Shown: positions 12,379 to 25,980, numbered from the stretch's first letter. The stretch is DNA of 64,000 nt from the human T2T-CHM13v2.0 reference genome, Homo sapiens (GCF_009914755.1 NC_060928.1), one strand, 5' to 3'. Made by a program: numbers and translations. Notes: generated by a model from the sequence alone, not told the origin.

Positions 12379-13035
12379 TTTCTTATTAAATATCTACTTT
12401 TGGTGATCTTTCTTTGCTTCTGACTAACAAGAAAAAGATTCATTTTCAATAACTAGTTTTTTGAAAAAGGCTTCAACAGCACAACTTTTGACACTGTGAA
12501 GCTCCTTTAAAAAAAAAAAAAAGAATTCTGTTGTAATACAGAACTTTTTCATACACCTTCCATTCACTTGGGGGTGAGGAGAGTTGAGGACATAGCTGTC
12601 ATCAAAGATGTCAGATGCAGCCCCCTAGATAAGCCTGAAAAGTTCATCTTCACTCATTAGTATTTTTTTTTTCTCAGAAGCTCAAATATCTTTCTATATA
12701 GTCTGGCTTACTTTGGAGAACTCATTTTCATTGTGAGAGGCCTGCAAATATCTGAATTCCAATTGTGGACTGGATTCAAGTCCCTCACAGAGTTGATGGG
12801 CCCCATGAAATAATATCACTAAACCTATGTCCTGCTTGTGCCCTGATAGGTAAGCCCTGAGATAGTCTATGATGGAATACTGGTTGATCCAGAATATGTA
12901 AAATCCTCTAAGAAAGAAAAAAAAATCATACATAATTTCACAAAACAGCTTGCTTATCTCAGACGAGAACCAGCAAACATATCTTTTTCTAATATGTATC
13001 AAAAACAACTTTTCTGGTCATAAATACTTCTTGTT

Positions 13036-13329
13036 GGCCGGGTGTGGTAGCTCACGCCTGTAATCCCAGCACTTTAAAAGTCTAAGGCAGGAGGATCACT
13101 TGAGGCCAGGAGTTGGAGACCAGCCTGGCTAACATGGTGAAACCCTGTCTTTATTAAAAATACAAAAATTAACTGGGCATGGTAGCAGGTGCCTGTAATC
13201 CCAGCTACTTGAGAAGCTGAGGCACAAGAATTGCTTGAAGCTGGTAGGTAGAGGTTGCAGTAAGCCAAGATAGTGCCACTTCACTCTAACCTGGGTGAGA
13301 TAGTTGGAGACTGTGTCTCAAAAAAAAAA
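13036..13329 (+). mobile_element. AluS (Sz/Sx-like)
   Basis: Full dimer, gatcacttgaggccaggagtt, short A tail. Confidence 0.93.
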
Positions 13330-13956
13330 TTGTCAAGACATTATATTTTCTATGGGTTGTTTATTGGTGTCTCCACTATGAGTGCCAGAACCTGAATTGA
13401 AATTGTTAGTTGGGAGTCATATGGGCCAGATATCTTATTACAAAATTATTTAAACATTTCCTTAGTTGATATAGATAACTAAAAATACGAATTCAGGAAT
13501 TCTTAATTCACACCCAGAAGACTCATATTCAAGTCCTTGATGGTTAATTACAGAATAATTAATATATTGTATAAAAATCCTATTTTCTGTGCATTTTTTG
13601 CTCAAAAATGGATGTATCTTTTCTTGTTAATTCTGTACAAACCAAAAATTTTGAAACGAGTCTCCTCAGTGGCAATTTGAAGAGGGAGGCAAGGATGCTA
13701 ATGTTTCTTCTCTAGTGATTTATCTAAATCATGGACAAATAAACTCACATGGAATGCTTTCTGGAATAGAATTTGGCGGCTGATTTGTCTGCATCAAGCC
13801 CAGGTTTTCTCCTCTTCTCTCCCAGGCTGTTATCCTAGCAGCACAAAGGCCTGACCTTGGAGGGCAAGTCAGCCTAATTCCCGGAGTCAGTGAACGAAGC
13901 CATTATCTCTCACTCTAAGGTCTCTTTTAAACTAGTTTTTAAAAGTAACAAAGATG

Positions 13957-14286
<330 letters not shown>

Positions 14287-14287
14287 T

Positions 14288-14509
14288 CAAGCTTGTCCAA
14301 CCCATGACCTGTGGGCCACATGCAGTCCAGAACGGCTTTGCATGCAGCCTGACACAACTTCGTAAACTTTCTTAAAACATTATGAGATCTTCTTGTGATT
14401 TTTTTTTTTAGCTCATTATCTACTGTTAGTGTTAGTGTATTTTATGTGTGGCCCAAGAGAATTCTTCTTCCAGTGTGGCCCAGGGAAGCCAAAAAATTGG
14501 ACGCTCTTC
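14288..14509 (-). mobile_element. MER30 (hAT-Charlie)
   Basis: caagcttgtccaaccc...aaactttcttaaaacattatgaga...ggcccagggaagccaaaa; 8-bp TSD atctac(g/a)t. Confidence 0.92.
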
Positions 14510-14578
14510 ATCTACATCATCCTACTTTTCAGTTGGCACAGAACTCAGTTGAAGAAAGACATGCTATTCATTGGGCCC

Positions 14579-14925
14579 TGGCATAGTTCTCTGGGACCAG
14601 TATAACCGAAAACCCTAGACTGGATGGCTTATAAATAACAGAAATTTGTTTCTCATAGTTCTGGAGCCTGGGAAATCTAAGACCAAGGTGCCAGCAGATT
14701 TGGTTACTGGTGAGGGCCCACCTCCTGGTTCATAGACAGCTGTCTTCTTGCAGTGTCTTCACATGATGGAAAGGGCAAGGGAGCTCTCGCAGGTCTCTTT
14801 AATCTGGTCACTAAGCCCATTCATGAGATTTCCACCCTCATGACCTAATCACCACTGAAAGGCCCCATCTCCAAATACTGTCATATTACGTTATTTTGGG
14901 GGGACACAAACATTTGTCTGTAGCA
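14579..14925 (-). mobile_element. MLT1A0-type MaLR LTR
   Basis: gactggatggcttataaataacagaaatt...caaggtgccagcagatttgg...ggggacacaaacatt; 5-bp TSD ggcc(c/t). Confidence 0.9.
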
Positions 14926-15189
14926 GGCCTCCTCAAAGCCCAAGTTTAAAAATGTATTAATTGCAATGCGTGAAAATGATGAGGAAAAAGATTGGACAAG
15001 CAATGATGCTTCAGCAAACCTGTGGCATTTACCGCTCTGTCTTCCTCTCCTACTCCAAGGAGTTTACTCGGCATCAACAGCAGCCTTATTCTAGGCCTCA
15101 ATTACTTTTTATCCTTATCCCAACCCCAACCCCTGAAATAAGGGAACATCAAAGGAAAAGCTAGAAGTCATAAAGGGAAAAAAAAGATG

Positions 15190-15780
15190 CAGCTCAGTGT
15201 GAGCATGTTAGATATGGGGTGCTTTTGAGACATCCAAGAGTGTAGATTCAGCAGCAAAGCTATCAAGGAAAGATTAGGATTGGAGACCTAAACGTGAAGA
15301 ATGTGATGACCCTCAGCACACTGGGAGCCGAGGATATGCGAGGGATTATGAGCTAGGTTGAGGAAGAATCCATCCACAGATTTAAACAGAAAGGGGCAGT
15401 GGAAGGAGGACGTAGTACGACAGATGCCAAGATGTGAATAATATAGTACCAGGAGGAAGGAGGGGCTGGTGGTATTTTATTTCTCTAATAAGTCCAGTCT
15501 TCACTAGATGTGATAATTTGGAGTTCATTGATGATCTTTGTCAGATGTATTTTAGCTAAGTGTTTGGGAAAGATGCCCTTTTGCAGAAGGTGGAAGAATA
15601 CATGGGAGCTGAGGCAGTTAAATCTTGGACAAGCTCCATGTTCAAGGAATGGGATGAGAAGGTACGGAGAGAGAAGACATCATCCAGACGAGCCCGGGCA
15701 GCCCAGTGTGGAGGGGTTTTTGAGAGTCCTGAGTATGTGCATCTGCTGAAGGTAGGGAAATAGAGAGGTGGAGGATGGGA
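15190..15780 (-). mobile_element. L2 fragments
   Basis: gagcatgttagat...ttttgagacatccaagag and downstream purine-rich L2-antisense motifs. Confidence 0.55.
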
Positions 15781-15871
15781 GAAGGCTGGTGGTTTGCAGG
15801 AAAAGGATAACCAGTGGGGCTAGTTCCAGAGAAAATTAAAAGTGATTTGATTCCCTAATACAAGTGGATGC

Positions 15872-16672
15872 TGTTACAGTTTGGATTGTGTTCCTCAAAA
15901 TGCATATGTTGAAGTCCTAGCCCCTCTACTTCAGACTGGTGCTGTATTTGGAGGTAGGGTCTTTAATGAGAACACATTCATCTGTAAGCTAAGGAGAGAG
16001 TTCTTCAGAAGAAACCAGACATCCCAACACTTTGATCTCAGAATTCTAGCTTCCAGAATTGTGAGAAAATAAGTTTTCATTGTTTAAGCCAGTGGACCCC
16101 AACCTTTATGGCACCAGGGAGGGGCCAGTTTTGTGGAAGAAAACTTTTTCACAGACCAGTGGTGGGGGTGGTGCGGGGATGGTTTCAGGATAATTCAAAT
16201 GCATTACATTTATTGTGCACTTTATTTCTATTATTATTATATTGTAATATATAACGAAATAATTATACAACTCACCCTAATGCAGAATCAGTGGGAGCCC
16301 TGAGGTTGTTTTCCTTCAACTAGATGGTCCCATCTGGGGGTGATGGGAGACAGTGACAGATCATCAAGCATTAGATGCTCATAAGGAGAGCGCAATCTAG
16401 ATCCCTCTCTTGAGCAGTTCACAGTAGGGTTTGTGCTCGTATGAGCATCTAATGCCCCACTGATTTGACAGGAGGTGGAGCTCAGAAAGGTAATGCAAGC
16501 AATGGGAAGCAGCTGTAAATACAGATGAAGCTTCACTCATTTGCCAACTGCTTACCCCCCAGTGCGTGGCCTGGTTCCTAAAAGGCCACAGACTGGTATA
16601 GGGGTTGGGGACCCTAGTTTAAGCCACCCAGTCTATGGTACTTTGTTATGGCAGCCCTAGCGAACTAACACA
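15872..16672 (+). mobile_element. MLT1B-type MaLR LTR (internally deleted; split by MER1A)
   Basis: tgttacagtttggattgtg...atgttgaagtcctagccc; resumes aagccacccagtctatggtactttgttatggcagccctag. Confidence 0.88.
16090..16616 (-). mobile_element. MER1A (hAT-Charlie)
   Basis: cagtggaccccaacc...gcattacatttattgtgcactttatttc...ggggttggggaccct; perfect 8-bp TSD gtttaagc. Confidence 0.93.
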
Positions 16673-17749
16673 GATCAATAATAGAACAAGAATAGGAAAA
16701 CCTTATTGTTCGGAAGCAGGAGAAAAAGAAGCAAGCCAGGCTATTTTATTAGAACATTATTCGTGTATTAATGTTTTTATCTTTTTGTGTGACCAGACAT
16801 GCTAGGTGAAGTGACAAATGAACCCTGCACAGATCTTTGAATAGAAACGTCTCATAGGAAGACAGCAATATATACCCAAACCTACAAAATATAGAACAGC
16901 TATCTCTTTGAATAATCCAGGAGTCTAACTCAAAAGTTTTCAAAGGGAAATATGTTGTGACTTAAGACTGTCTAGATGTTCTGAAGACAAGTTTTTTTAA
17001 AAAATACCCCTTAATTGAAGGCAGAGACACTATCGAACGTATCAGAGGAATAAGCCAGAATGAGCAGTATCTTCTTAGTATTTAAATCCCTTGGCCTTAA
17101 AAGGCTTCCACTGAGTGCAAGAAATTCAACATAATTGGGGAGAAAGGTGAAACCATCATTATTGTTGAATTGAAGACAAAAAAAGCACATCCCTTCTTTA
17201 TCCTTGACAAATTATGAAGCCCTACTTTAAGCAATTTAGGATAATATGGCAAAATTATGTGGCAGTTCTCTATGGTTTCTAATAACATGTTTTCATGGCC
17301 TATTTCTCCGAAGCCATGCCCCAGGCATTGTAGTTAGCCTCAGACACCGTTTTCTCACTCAAATGGTTGCAACTCCTGGTTTTCTCATTGTGTCTCTGCC
17401 TGACATAAGTCGCCCTGCAGGCAACCTTCCTGATCCTCCTTGAATGTGCTTTTCCCCCGTATTGTCAAATTTTCTATGTACAGTAATCCTGTTCTACAAA
17501 ATATTGGCCATATCTTTCAATTGGCAGGCACCCATATCTCCCCAGACTGAAATGATGGTTGTGACAATTATTGACTATTACCTCCTAGCAAGTCATCAGA
17601 TCACCTAATGCTGTTCTCTGCACACTCATCTCACTGCTACAGTCTGTGCTCTCTGTACAATCTATGATGCGGACTGCAGTCACAGTTCTGTCCACAGCAT
17701 AGCCTCCCTGAAATCTATTCCCCATACTGCCTTCCAAATGTCATTTCTG

Positions 17750-18000
17750 GAAGATAATGATGATAATAACTAGCATACTACACAGAAGAATCTGAGCTGA
17801 GAACCTCACATGGATTATTATGTTTAATCAACTCTGAAACGTAATGAGAAAAGAGCTATTACTAATCCTATTTTTAAAAATAAGGAATTAGGATTCAGAG
17901 TCATTACATAACTTACTCAGAGACACACAACAAGTAGGTTAATATATCAGACACTCAAGTCTGACCTCACACCTGCAGGCTGAACCTCTGCTATACACTC
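17750..18000 (-). mobile_element. MIR (within L2 remnants ~17700-18260)
   Basis: ataatgatgataataactagcat...ctcacatggattattatgtttaatc...ataacttactcagagacacacaac. Confidence 0.65.
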
Positions 18001-20380
18001 TCCCACTTACCCCTGAAAATTGTCATCAGTTTTTTACATAAATAATTCTGATAAAACCTTTCACATGTGACTCTAAAAGTCTTCTCAGTCTCTTCATTTA
18101 TGTTGCCTCTGTGTAATCTAAGTTCCAACCGTCTCAAACCAATTTCTGTGTTCCAAATGACCTATTACTTTCTGTGCCTCTGTTTACTTGTACATGTTGT
18201 TATTTCATTTTTCCGAATGTTCCATCTGAAAAACATATATGTGTTATTTTAGATGCTACCATAATTTACTAATAGGAATGATTTAATTATATTATCAACA
18301 ACCTTGATAAAGTCAAGGTTATGTTGTACCTGTTGCTTTTTCCCTGATTATCAAGTCCTGGATTTCTCAAATTTAATCTTATTTAAATGGATTTCATGCT
18401 AACCCTGGTTAAAAAGCATGAAAACATGCTCCAAAACATAAGTCCCTTTGACCTTAGTAAATATCTATAATTATTGAAGTGGGTACATGTTTTCTTCTTA
18501 CCCCATAATATCACTAAATAGAACAGAGTGCAATTACTATTATAATTACTGTAAGTGTTTACCCGGCTACATGATTTGTCAAATTTGATTCCCCTTTAAA
18601 AATGGCATCTTTTACATCCAATTCACCAAGCATCAATAAAATATAAAAACAATTATAAATTGAATTTCCATGCAAATGTGGCCTTTTCCCTACTCTGCAT
18701 GAATGCACACCATCAAACTATTATGCTTCATTGTTGACAATGTACTGGTGAAATAACCATGAAATAGCCATGTTCTAATTGTTTTGCTAGTTGCCAAGGT
18801 CAAGATTCATTTTTCCCCAAGAAATTTTATAAAGGTCATTACAGCTTAATGAAAGTTTGCATCCCCTATTCATCAAAAAACTGTAGACTAATTCTCATAA
18901 ACATTCAATTAGGCGTTTAAAAAATAGAATCATATTTCTATCAACTACAGACAGAAATTTCTCTGAATTTCTCACTCCCAAGGATTTGAAGCAATGGTGG
19001 CTTTTCAGAGAATTGTTCCAGTAATCTATTATAATAAAAAAAATAAGTGGTATGGTAATGTAAAAGAAACATTAGCTAATCTTCCTATTATACTTAGTCT
19101 TGATCTATTCTTCTCCAGGGTATTGGCCTGAAAAGGGTTTCTCAGATAAAGAGGTGCATGAAGCCCTTACAGAGAGCTCAGGGCAGATACTCTGAAGTGG
19201 TTAACCCACAGTTTTCAAGCATGACCAGGGCTATATCTATACATATAATATTTTCAAGAATGTAAAATCTTTTATTCAGATGTTTTACTATGATTCAGCA
19301 CTGTCAAACAAACTCAATTTCAGGACTTTTGCCAGTAACACGTTTTGAGGGTAAACAAATATGATTGGTTTAGATGCTATTAACATTCCAATTAACATTT
19401 CTCAACTTGTTTAAGTGACCAGAGTAATACATTGCCCCTTGTTCACTGAAATGTAGGTTTCTCATACTTCTCCACTATTAACACCACTTCTCATAGTCAC
19501 TGTGCAGAATTTTACAACCCTAACCGCAACTGGCTCTTGGGAAAAACAAAAAAAAAGGAAACTTTCCTTCTTCAAGTATTGTAATTGTTTCCTGTTTCGA
19601 TTTGACTTAGATTTCCTGTTCTGGTGATCTCAGATTGTAACTATTGCTTAAGAATAGGTTTGTAACCATCTGATAACCTGTGAAGTGATTGCAGAAGAAA
19701 AACACAAAAGCAACTAATGCATCAGTCTTGTAGTGTTTAAATTAATTTTAAATGTATTTTGTAAATGTAGTCCTAGCTTCAAAGTCTGAAAAATGGATTA
19801 GTAGGGAATCTGTGATTGGAAATTGTCACAGGAGAGGTTTTGCAGTAGTATGATTATTTGACTGTAAATCTCTCTCCCTTACCCCACATAAATAAATTGT
19901 TTATTATTAAATATTTAAAATAATTATTTTATTTATAAAATAAAAATTTTATTTTTAAAACCAAAGCCAGAGTCAGAGATTAGATAACTGGCACTTTCTA
20001 TTTATTAGAAAATTTACCACAGACAAAAAAAGATCCTCTAATAAGCAAACAGAATATATGAAAATAAGATTGGGGAGAATTATGAGTATGAAGGAGAAAA
20101 ACAGCTAACAAACAACCAGCAACAACTAATAACAATAAATGTTAAGGCCTTTTAACACAAGAAAAAAATTGCTTCAAGTACATAATTTAGATATAAATTA
20201 TCTAACCACAACAATGAAACACAGATATAAATTATAGCTGAATACCAGGGATAATAGGGTCTAAATATATATAATTCCTTTGAATTTTATCTAAAATATA
20301 TAAACTATGATATTTCTGGTTTTACTACTTTGCATTTACATTTTCCAACAAATAAGATATATTTTTAGAGAGGTGCTCAC

Positions 20381-20447
20381 ACATGCAAGCGTGCATGCAT
20401 GCATGTGTATACACACGCACACATACACACACACACACACACACACG
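20381..20447. repeat. Alternating purine-pyrimidine / (CA)n microsatellite
   Basis: gcgtgcatgcatgcatgtgtatacacacgcacacatacacacac... Confidence 0.9.
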
Positions 20448-20859
20448 ATTAGAAAGTCTCCTGTGCTCTCCAATTAGCGGTACCCATAAGAGGACAGGAT
20501 ATTTGGAAAAAGGCTCCATCACGACTGTGTGTACCCAAAGGTCACTTACAGCAAATGCAGACTCAAATGCAGGGAGGAAAAAGTTATCAGGGGATTCCTA
20601 GCCTTGCCGATACAACTCTGCCTTCATGACATGTGTATTACATGCATTGTGTATACAATTCTTAACTCCAGAAACAGCTTTGAAGTTGTAACTAAATTCA
20701 GCATAATCTCTACTCCTTTTATTTTCCAGTCTTTATTTTTAGGGAATTTTCCTTACTGCAAACATTGTTATGATAATACCTAGTTTTTATTGTTCCATCA
20801 TATGTTAAGAATTTCATAATCATGATGAAAGTCCATTGCTAACTAGGAAACATGATAAG

Positions 20860-21040
20860 TGCACACATTTCATGTAGATAATTCACATACACCAGCAACA
20901 ATCCTTTATGGTTATTCAATACAGCCCTATTTATATAGAAGGGAACCCAGGTCAGAAAAGTTTGAGAAAACTGTCCTTGGTCATTTGTCTAGCAAGAGAT
21001 AGAGATATTATTTAAAAACAGATCTGATTTCAAATTCTCG
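20860..21040 (-). mobile_element. MIR fragment
   Basis: Degenerate antisense MIR core (ccctatttatatagaagggaaccc...tgtccttggtcatttgtctag). Confidence 0.5.
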
Positions 21041-21313
21041 CTGCCTCTGCTGCTGTGAGAAGGTCTTAACCTCTATGAAATCTGGATCTGTTTAAAAGTC
21101 ATATATAAAAGCTTCAGCTTATTATTCTACTTTCTAATATTTTGTCTGTAGCACTGACACTGTTTTCAAATTTTGACTTGTTATTTAAATTTGATAGTTT
21201 TCTGAAATGGATTTCCAGCTGTGTGTTTCTCTATTACAGTTTTTTAAGTGTTAGTGTGTCTTGCCAGCTTACCTCTTAAAGAGGATTTGGTGTAGAAATT
21301 GCTTCTGAAATCA

Positions 21314-21324
21314 GTGACTCAGCA
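21314..21324 (+). promoter_or_regulatory. Consensus ARE / NF-E2 (CNC-sMAF) motif
   Basis: GTGACTCAGCA matches RTGACTCAGCA; motif only, function not shown. Confidence 0.35.
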
Positions 21325-21964
21325 CTTCAGATTTTTGTTGATTTACAGTTTTGGGATTTGCTATATGTGTGATGTTGGTTAATTATTTAATTGGTTTTAG
21401 TTATAAAATGGTGTTTTAAGGCAATGCAGTGTTGTTGACTGGAGCTTTCACAAAAGTTACTGGCATTTGTGATCTGTACTTTCAGCCCTTAATTCTATTT
21501 TATTGATCATTTCATCAGGGAAGGGGTTTTCTTTTCTTTTCATCCATCTCTGCTTTTCTAAGTACTTCTTTTATTTAAAGCTGCCTCTAATTATTTCTAA
21601 AAATGGTAGGTCCCTAAATTTTTAACTATGTTAAAGGTGGTATCAGTTGGATTATCTGGACACTGCCCATTCTAATGGCCATGAGGCACGCTCATTACAG
21701 AATGAAGTGCTCTGAGCAAGATGGGACCAGGAACCGGGGGAGACTGTGTTGGGTATTCATCTACACAGGGACAATCCGCTTCTGGTTACCTTACAGTCCT
21801 CTGCACATTTTATATGTGCTATGATATCCTTCATCATAAAAAATCCTTAAATATAAATGACAAAAGAATGACTCAAAAGGCTTCTGTAATGTACCCAGCC
21901 ATACATTTCATAAATGATGGAAAGAGCTTGGGTCTAAGGGTTGTTTGAACATGGATGGTAATGA

Positions 21965-22230
21965 ATAGTACAGTGGAAAGAACTTGCAGTCAGGAAAGCC
22001 CATGTGGAATCCTGTCTTTTGCCATTTGTTAAGCTCCATGATTACAAATCAATTACCTAACTTCTGAGTTGTAGCCTTCTTATCTGTAAAAGGTGATTAA
22101 TTATCCTGCTTTGCAGAACTGTTGAGGGGATTGAAATAATATAGTATATACATAAAGCACTGTGTAGAGCACCTGATACATTTGTGGTGTATCAGGAACT
22201 TAGTAAATTAGTTCCACTATAACTACTATC
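21965..22230 (+). mobile_element. MIR
   Basis: tagtacagtggaaagaac...ttacctaacttctgag...atctgtaaaagg...taaagcact...cctgataca. Confidence 0.75.
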
Positions 22231-25200
22231 ACTAAGAAAAAGCCTAATAAGGAAACTATTGTCTCAGTAGATTCTGAGGACAAGTTCAGGGTGACCAACA
22301 ACACAACAACCATAATAAAATGTTTCTATGTAGAGACTGACAGTGGTTGGTTGTCAATACGGGTTGTGCAGGTCAGAAATTCTCTGCCATGGGGATACTT
22401 ATGTGAGTGAGGCTTAGGATTTGAGAGCGTACCTTGAGCAACCCAGGGAATATTCTGTGTCACAATCTGTCAGACACTGGAGTTCATCCTGCCAAACGGT
22501 CTCCACCTCTAGTCAGTGGCTGGAAAGAAGGACAGAACCAGAGAGCCCATGACCATAGGGAGCCTTCCTTCCCTGGTCTCCACTAGAGCCCATTCATACT
22601 GCTGGGCAGTCGGGATAAATGCATTCTCCTGGGTGACCTTAAATAATTGTTTAATGAATATTTTAATATCCCTGCCCAAGCAAATATAGCACTACTGACA
22701 CAGTAAAAATAATGTTGAGTGGGTGACTTTCACCATGAGAAAGTTTTTTCAAAAGGTTTCTGAGAATACATTAATGAGTCAGAAAGCCTAGTGACAAAGA
22801 TTCAAAATCCAAATTATATGAAATTACTTATCAGTTTGTTCCCTTCGAATTTTTATCCCTCTGTGTCCAGAGTACCAACCTGTTTTATACAAATTTATTT
22901 ATATTTCCAGAAAATTGGTCGACATAACATCACTGTATAATATATGAATGCTTTCTCTAAACTAAGAACGCCCCACAGGTCCCTTGCCTTTGAATAGTTC
23001 AGTATTGTAATAGCTAATGCCTTCCTCTCATTTTCCACTGTATACCACCTCAGAGCACTGTGTTTGGGTCTGTTAACTTGGTTCTCTTGTGGCAGTTTCT
23101 CCCGGTGGCTGTTTACACAGGCCCCCAAGGATCCTGCATTAGATGGCACCTGTTGCTTTCTGTGTGACTCAAGCAGAGGTAAGCACTGCTGCTTTCTCTG
23201 CTGGTCTCAATTCACAAGACCCCATGAGAAGCACAGGCACTCAGCAACTTTGTTGTCATTCATGATTTCACCCAGATGGCCAGCGATATATGACAGTCAG
23301 AAAATGTCACAGTCAAGATCAATATATACAAACTGCTCCCCACAACTCCCCAAAATAGTGATAATCACCATCATCACAATATGGATACGTGAGCTGAGCC
23401 TATCACAGGCAATACACTGTTTTCTTTGAGTCTGGGGAAATGAGAAAGTAGACTGGGGATAATGATGACAATCACCAGGCCTTGTGATTTTATGGAGCTT
23501 TATACTTCCAAAGTACCCTCACATGTAATATCCCTTGGAACACATCTTTCCAGAAGAGACTCATATTGAAACTGAGATAGGCAGTACTCATGTAAAAAAT
23601 TTCCTGCCCTTATTCAATATCATATGTGGTAAAAATTGTTATCTGATGCCATAGAATGGCTTATTTTTATCTTTCATTAAAAAAAATTTCTCACAAAAGC
23701 CAAGGATGACTTTAAATATTTCCATGTTGTTGCAAAATTATCAGCTCTTTCAATAATTGAGTCTTTTCACCACACTGTATTTCAAATCTGCCACACTGAT
23801 TTAGACATGCAGTCTTTCTATGAAATAATGTGAGAGCACACGTTCTTCAGCTTAGGCTTTTTGTCTTCAAAGTCAGCTTATGACATGGTTAAATGCTGAT
23901 ATGTTTATTTACTTTGATCTTTGTTAATTACTGGTAATTGATATGATTAGCAAAGACACAAAACTGAAAAAAATATGTTTCCAAAGAAGAGGAATGTCTC
24001 CAGAAATTGTCTTAAATTCATCCCCTCAGCACTTTTGCAATAGCAGTGGCCTCTTGGGTGTTGTTTATATGAGAAATATTTCCACGTGATTTATTAATTT
24101 ATTATGAACAAGAGCTGATTTATTGAACAATTTGATAGTTCATTTTCCTCTGACACTCCGTGGTTTCACAAAATCCCTCAAGAATCAAATTTTTAGCTAG
24201 ATGTGTTAAATCTCATTGTAAACCAGTCTTCTTACATTCTCACTTAGCCAGTATATATATTTCAGGAGACCGTGTGTTTTTATCTCTATGGATGTGGTTA
24301 TTAGATTAGTGACAAAGAAATTCAAATCTGCATAAGCGTATTTTCTTAGCAAAAGCAAATGACGTGAGTGAGGTTTTGCAACATGGTGAGTAAAGTTACC
24401 TCCTGGAAGAAGAGAGAATGGTTCACAGACCCACATTAATATTCATCAGGGAGGCTGCTGCTGAGTTGATTTACATCCAACTTTAGATAATCAGCTGACT
24501 TGAGTGGTGACAATCTGATTTTGTGAAAACTAACAACTGGCATCTTCCCAGAGACATTGATTAGGAAATATAAGTTTTCTTCAGTTCAGAATATTTTAAC
24601 ATCATCAAATTACGTACTATGCAGCGAAGACAGAATTCTATGTTTGTCCACTGTTGTCAAAAATTTTTGCTGATATTTCCCATTTACAGGAAACTAACAC
24701 ATTTCAAGTGCTTACTTTGCACTAGGTAATTTTACATGATATAGCTTTGGTATATAATCAAAATTTTTTCAACGCAACAAGTATTTTTGCCCTGCATTTC
24801 TAGTGATGTGACCAACTGACATTTCAGAAAAATTTATGTTGGTATAGAATACCTAAAATACTGGAAAACTATATATAAGTCTTTATCTGTGTATCATGGC
24901 AGATAGTAAAGTAAGCCTTCCACATAGTAAGACTCATTCTGGAGGCAGAGCTTGTCTCAAGGGCATTTACCAATTTTGGTGGTCTCGGCTAGACTCTAGA
25001 AGACTAGAGAGCAATGTTCCTCGAAGGAATAACAACACTCCTTAGCTATTAAACAAGCAAAAATGACTCCACATGATTTCAAACGATTCCAAACATGGAA
25101 ATAGTACCCTTAACTGGGAATAATTGACTTAGAACCTGGTTTGTAAATAGTCCTAGAAAGGCCAGAAGCAATTTTCTAAAGCTAGAAATAGCAAGGTTCA

Positions 25201-25263
25201 AAGTTTGAGAGATTTCTATACAATTTCAGGACTTTCAACTGGCAACAACTTTAGAGTTTAAAT

Positions 25264-25343
25264 GAGGAAGGAAGGAAGGAGGGAAGGAAGGAGGGAAGGA
25301 AGGAGGGAAGGAAGGAAAGAAAGAAGGGAGGGAGGGAGGGAAG
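25264..25343. repeat. Interrupted (GGAA/GGGA)n polypurine tract
   Basis: 80 nt with no pyrimidine on the plus strand. Confidence 0.9.
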
Positions 25344-25379
25344 CTACTAGTCACATAAAAGCATATTTTAAAATCTTTA

Positions 25380-25980
25380 CTTCAGCTGTGGGAGGAGTAG
25401 AGAAAATGAACAGTCTCCTCTGAGAATTTCTAACTCAAATTCGTAGACATATATGACCTGAAAAATCCTGTCAAAAATTTAAGATTAAAATGGCCTCAAG
25501 ATGATAGGACACCCAAAAACCTAGCAGAATTACTTGGAATAATTATATATTAAATGAATGCTATTTAAACAGATGCCTCAAATAAATCTGACAAATATTT
25601 CTAAGAAAGTTAATCTCACAGTATAAAATTACTCAACCTGCTCAGAAAACAAGCCAACATGAGGAAAATCAATGAAAACAGCAAAGTACAAATCAGCCCC
25701 ACAAAGACTATAAGCATTAGAATGATCAGATTCAGCACATGAAGCAAATATATAATATGTTTGAAGAAATATACTTGGGAATTGAAAGCCCTATAAAGTA
25801 ATAGTAAATTATCAAGATTGACTAAATATATGTCAAAAAGAAGCAAAACAACTTGTATTTAAAAAATCAACAAATTGAAAATTAAAAACCCAAGTAAAAA
25901 GTAAATATCAGATTGGACATAACTCAATACAACCAAAGAAGTTCCCCAGAATGCAAGCCAGAGAGTAAAACACAGAAAAA
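25380..25980 (+). mobile_element. Very old HAL1/L1M 5'-ORF1-like fragment
   Basis: A-rich L1-like motifs: caacatgaggaaaatca, ttagaatgatcaga, tataatatgtttgaagaaata, aattgaaaattaaaaaccc. Confidence 0.5.

Noticed and set aside
19890-19960. Near-pure AT stretch with apparent symmetry
   Set aside because: Low complexity; no long perfect palindrome.
21101-21111. TATAAAAG box
   Set aside because: Common by chance in AT-rich DNA; no CpG island or downstream gene structure supports a promoter.
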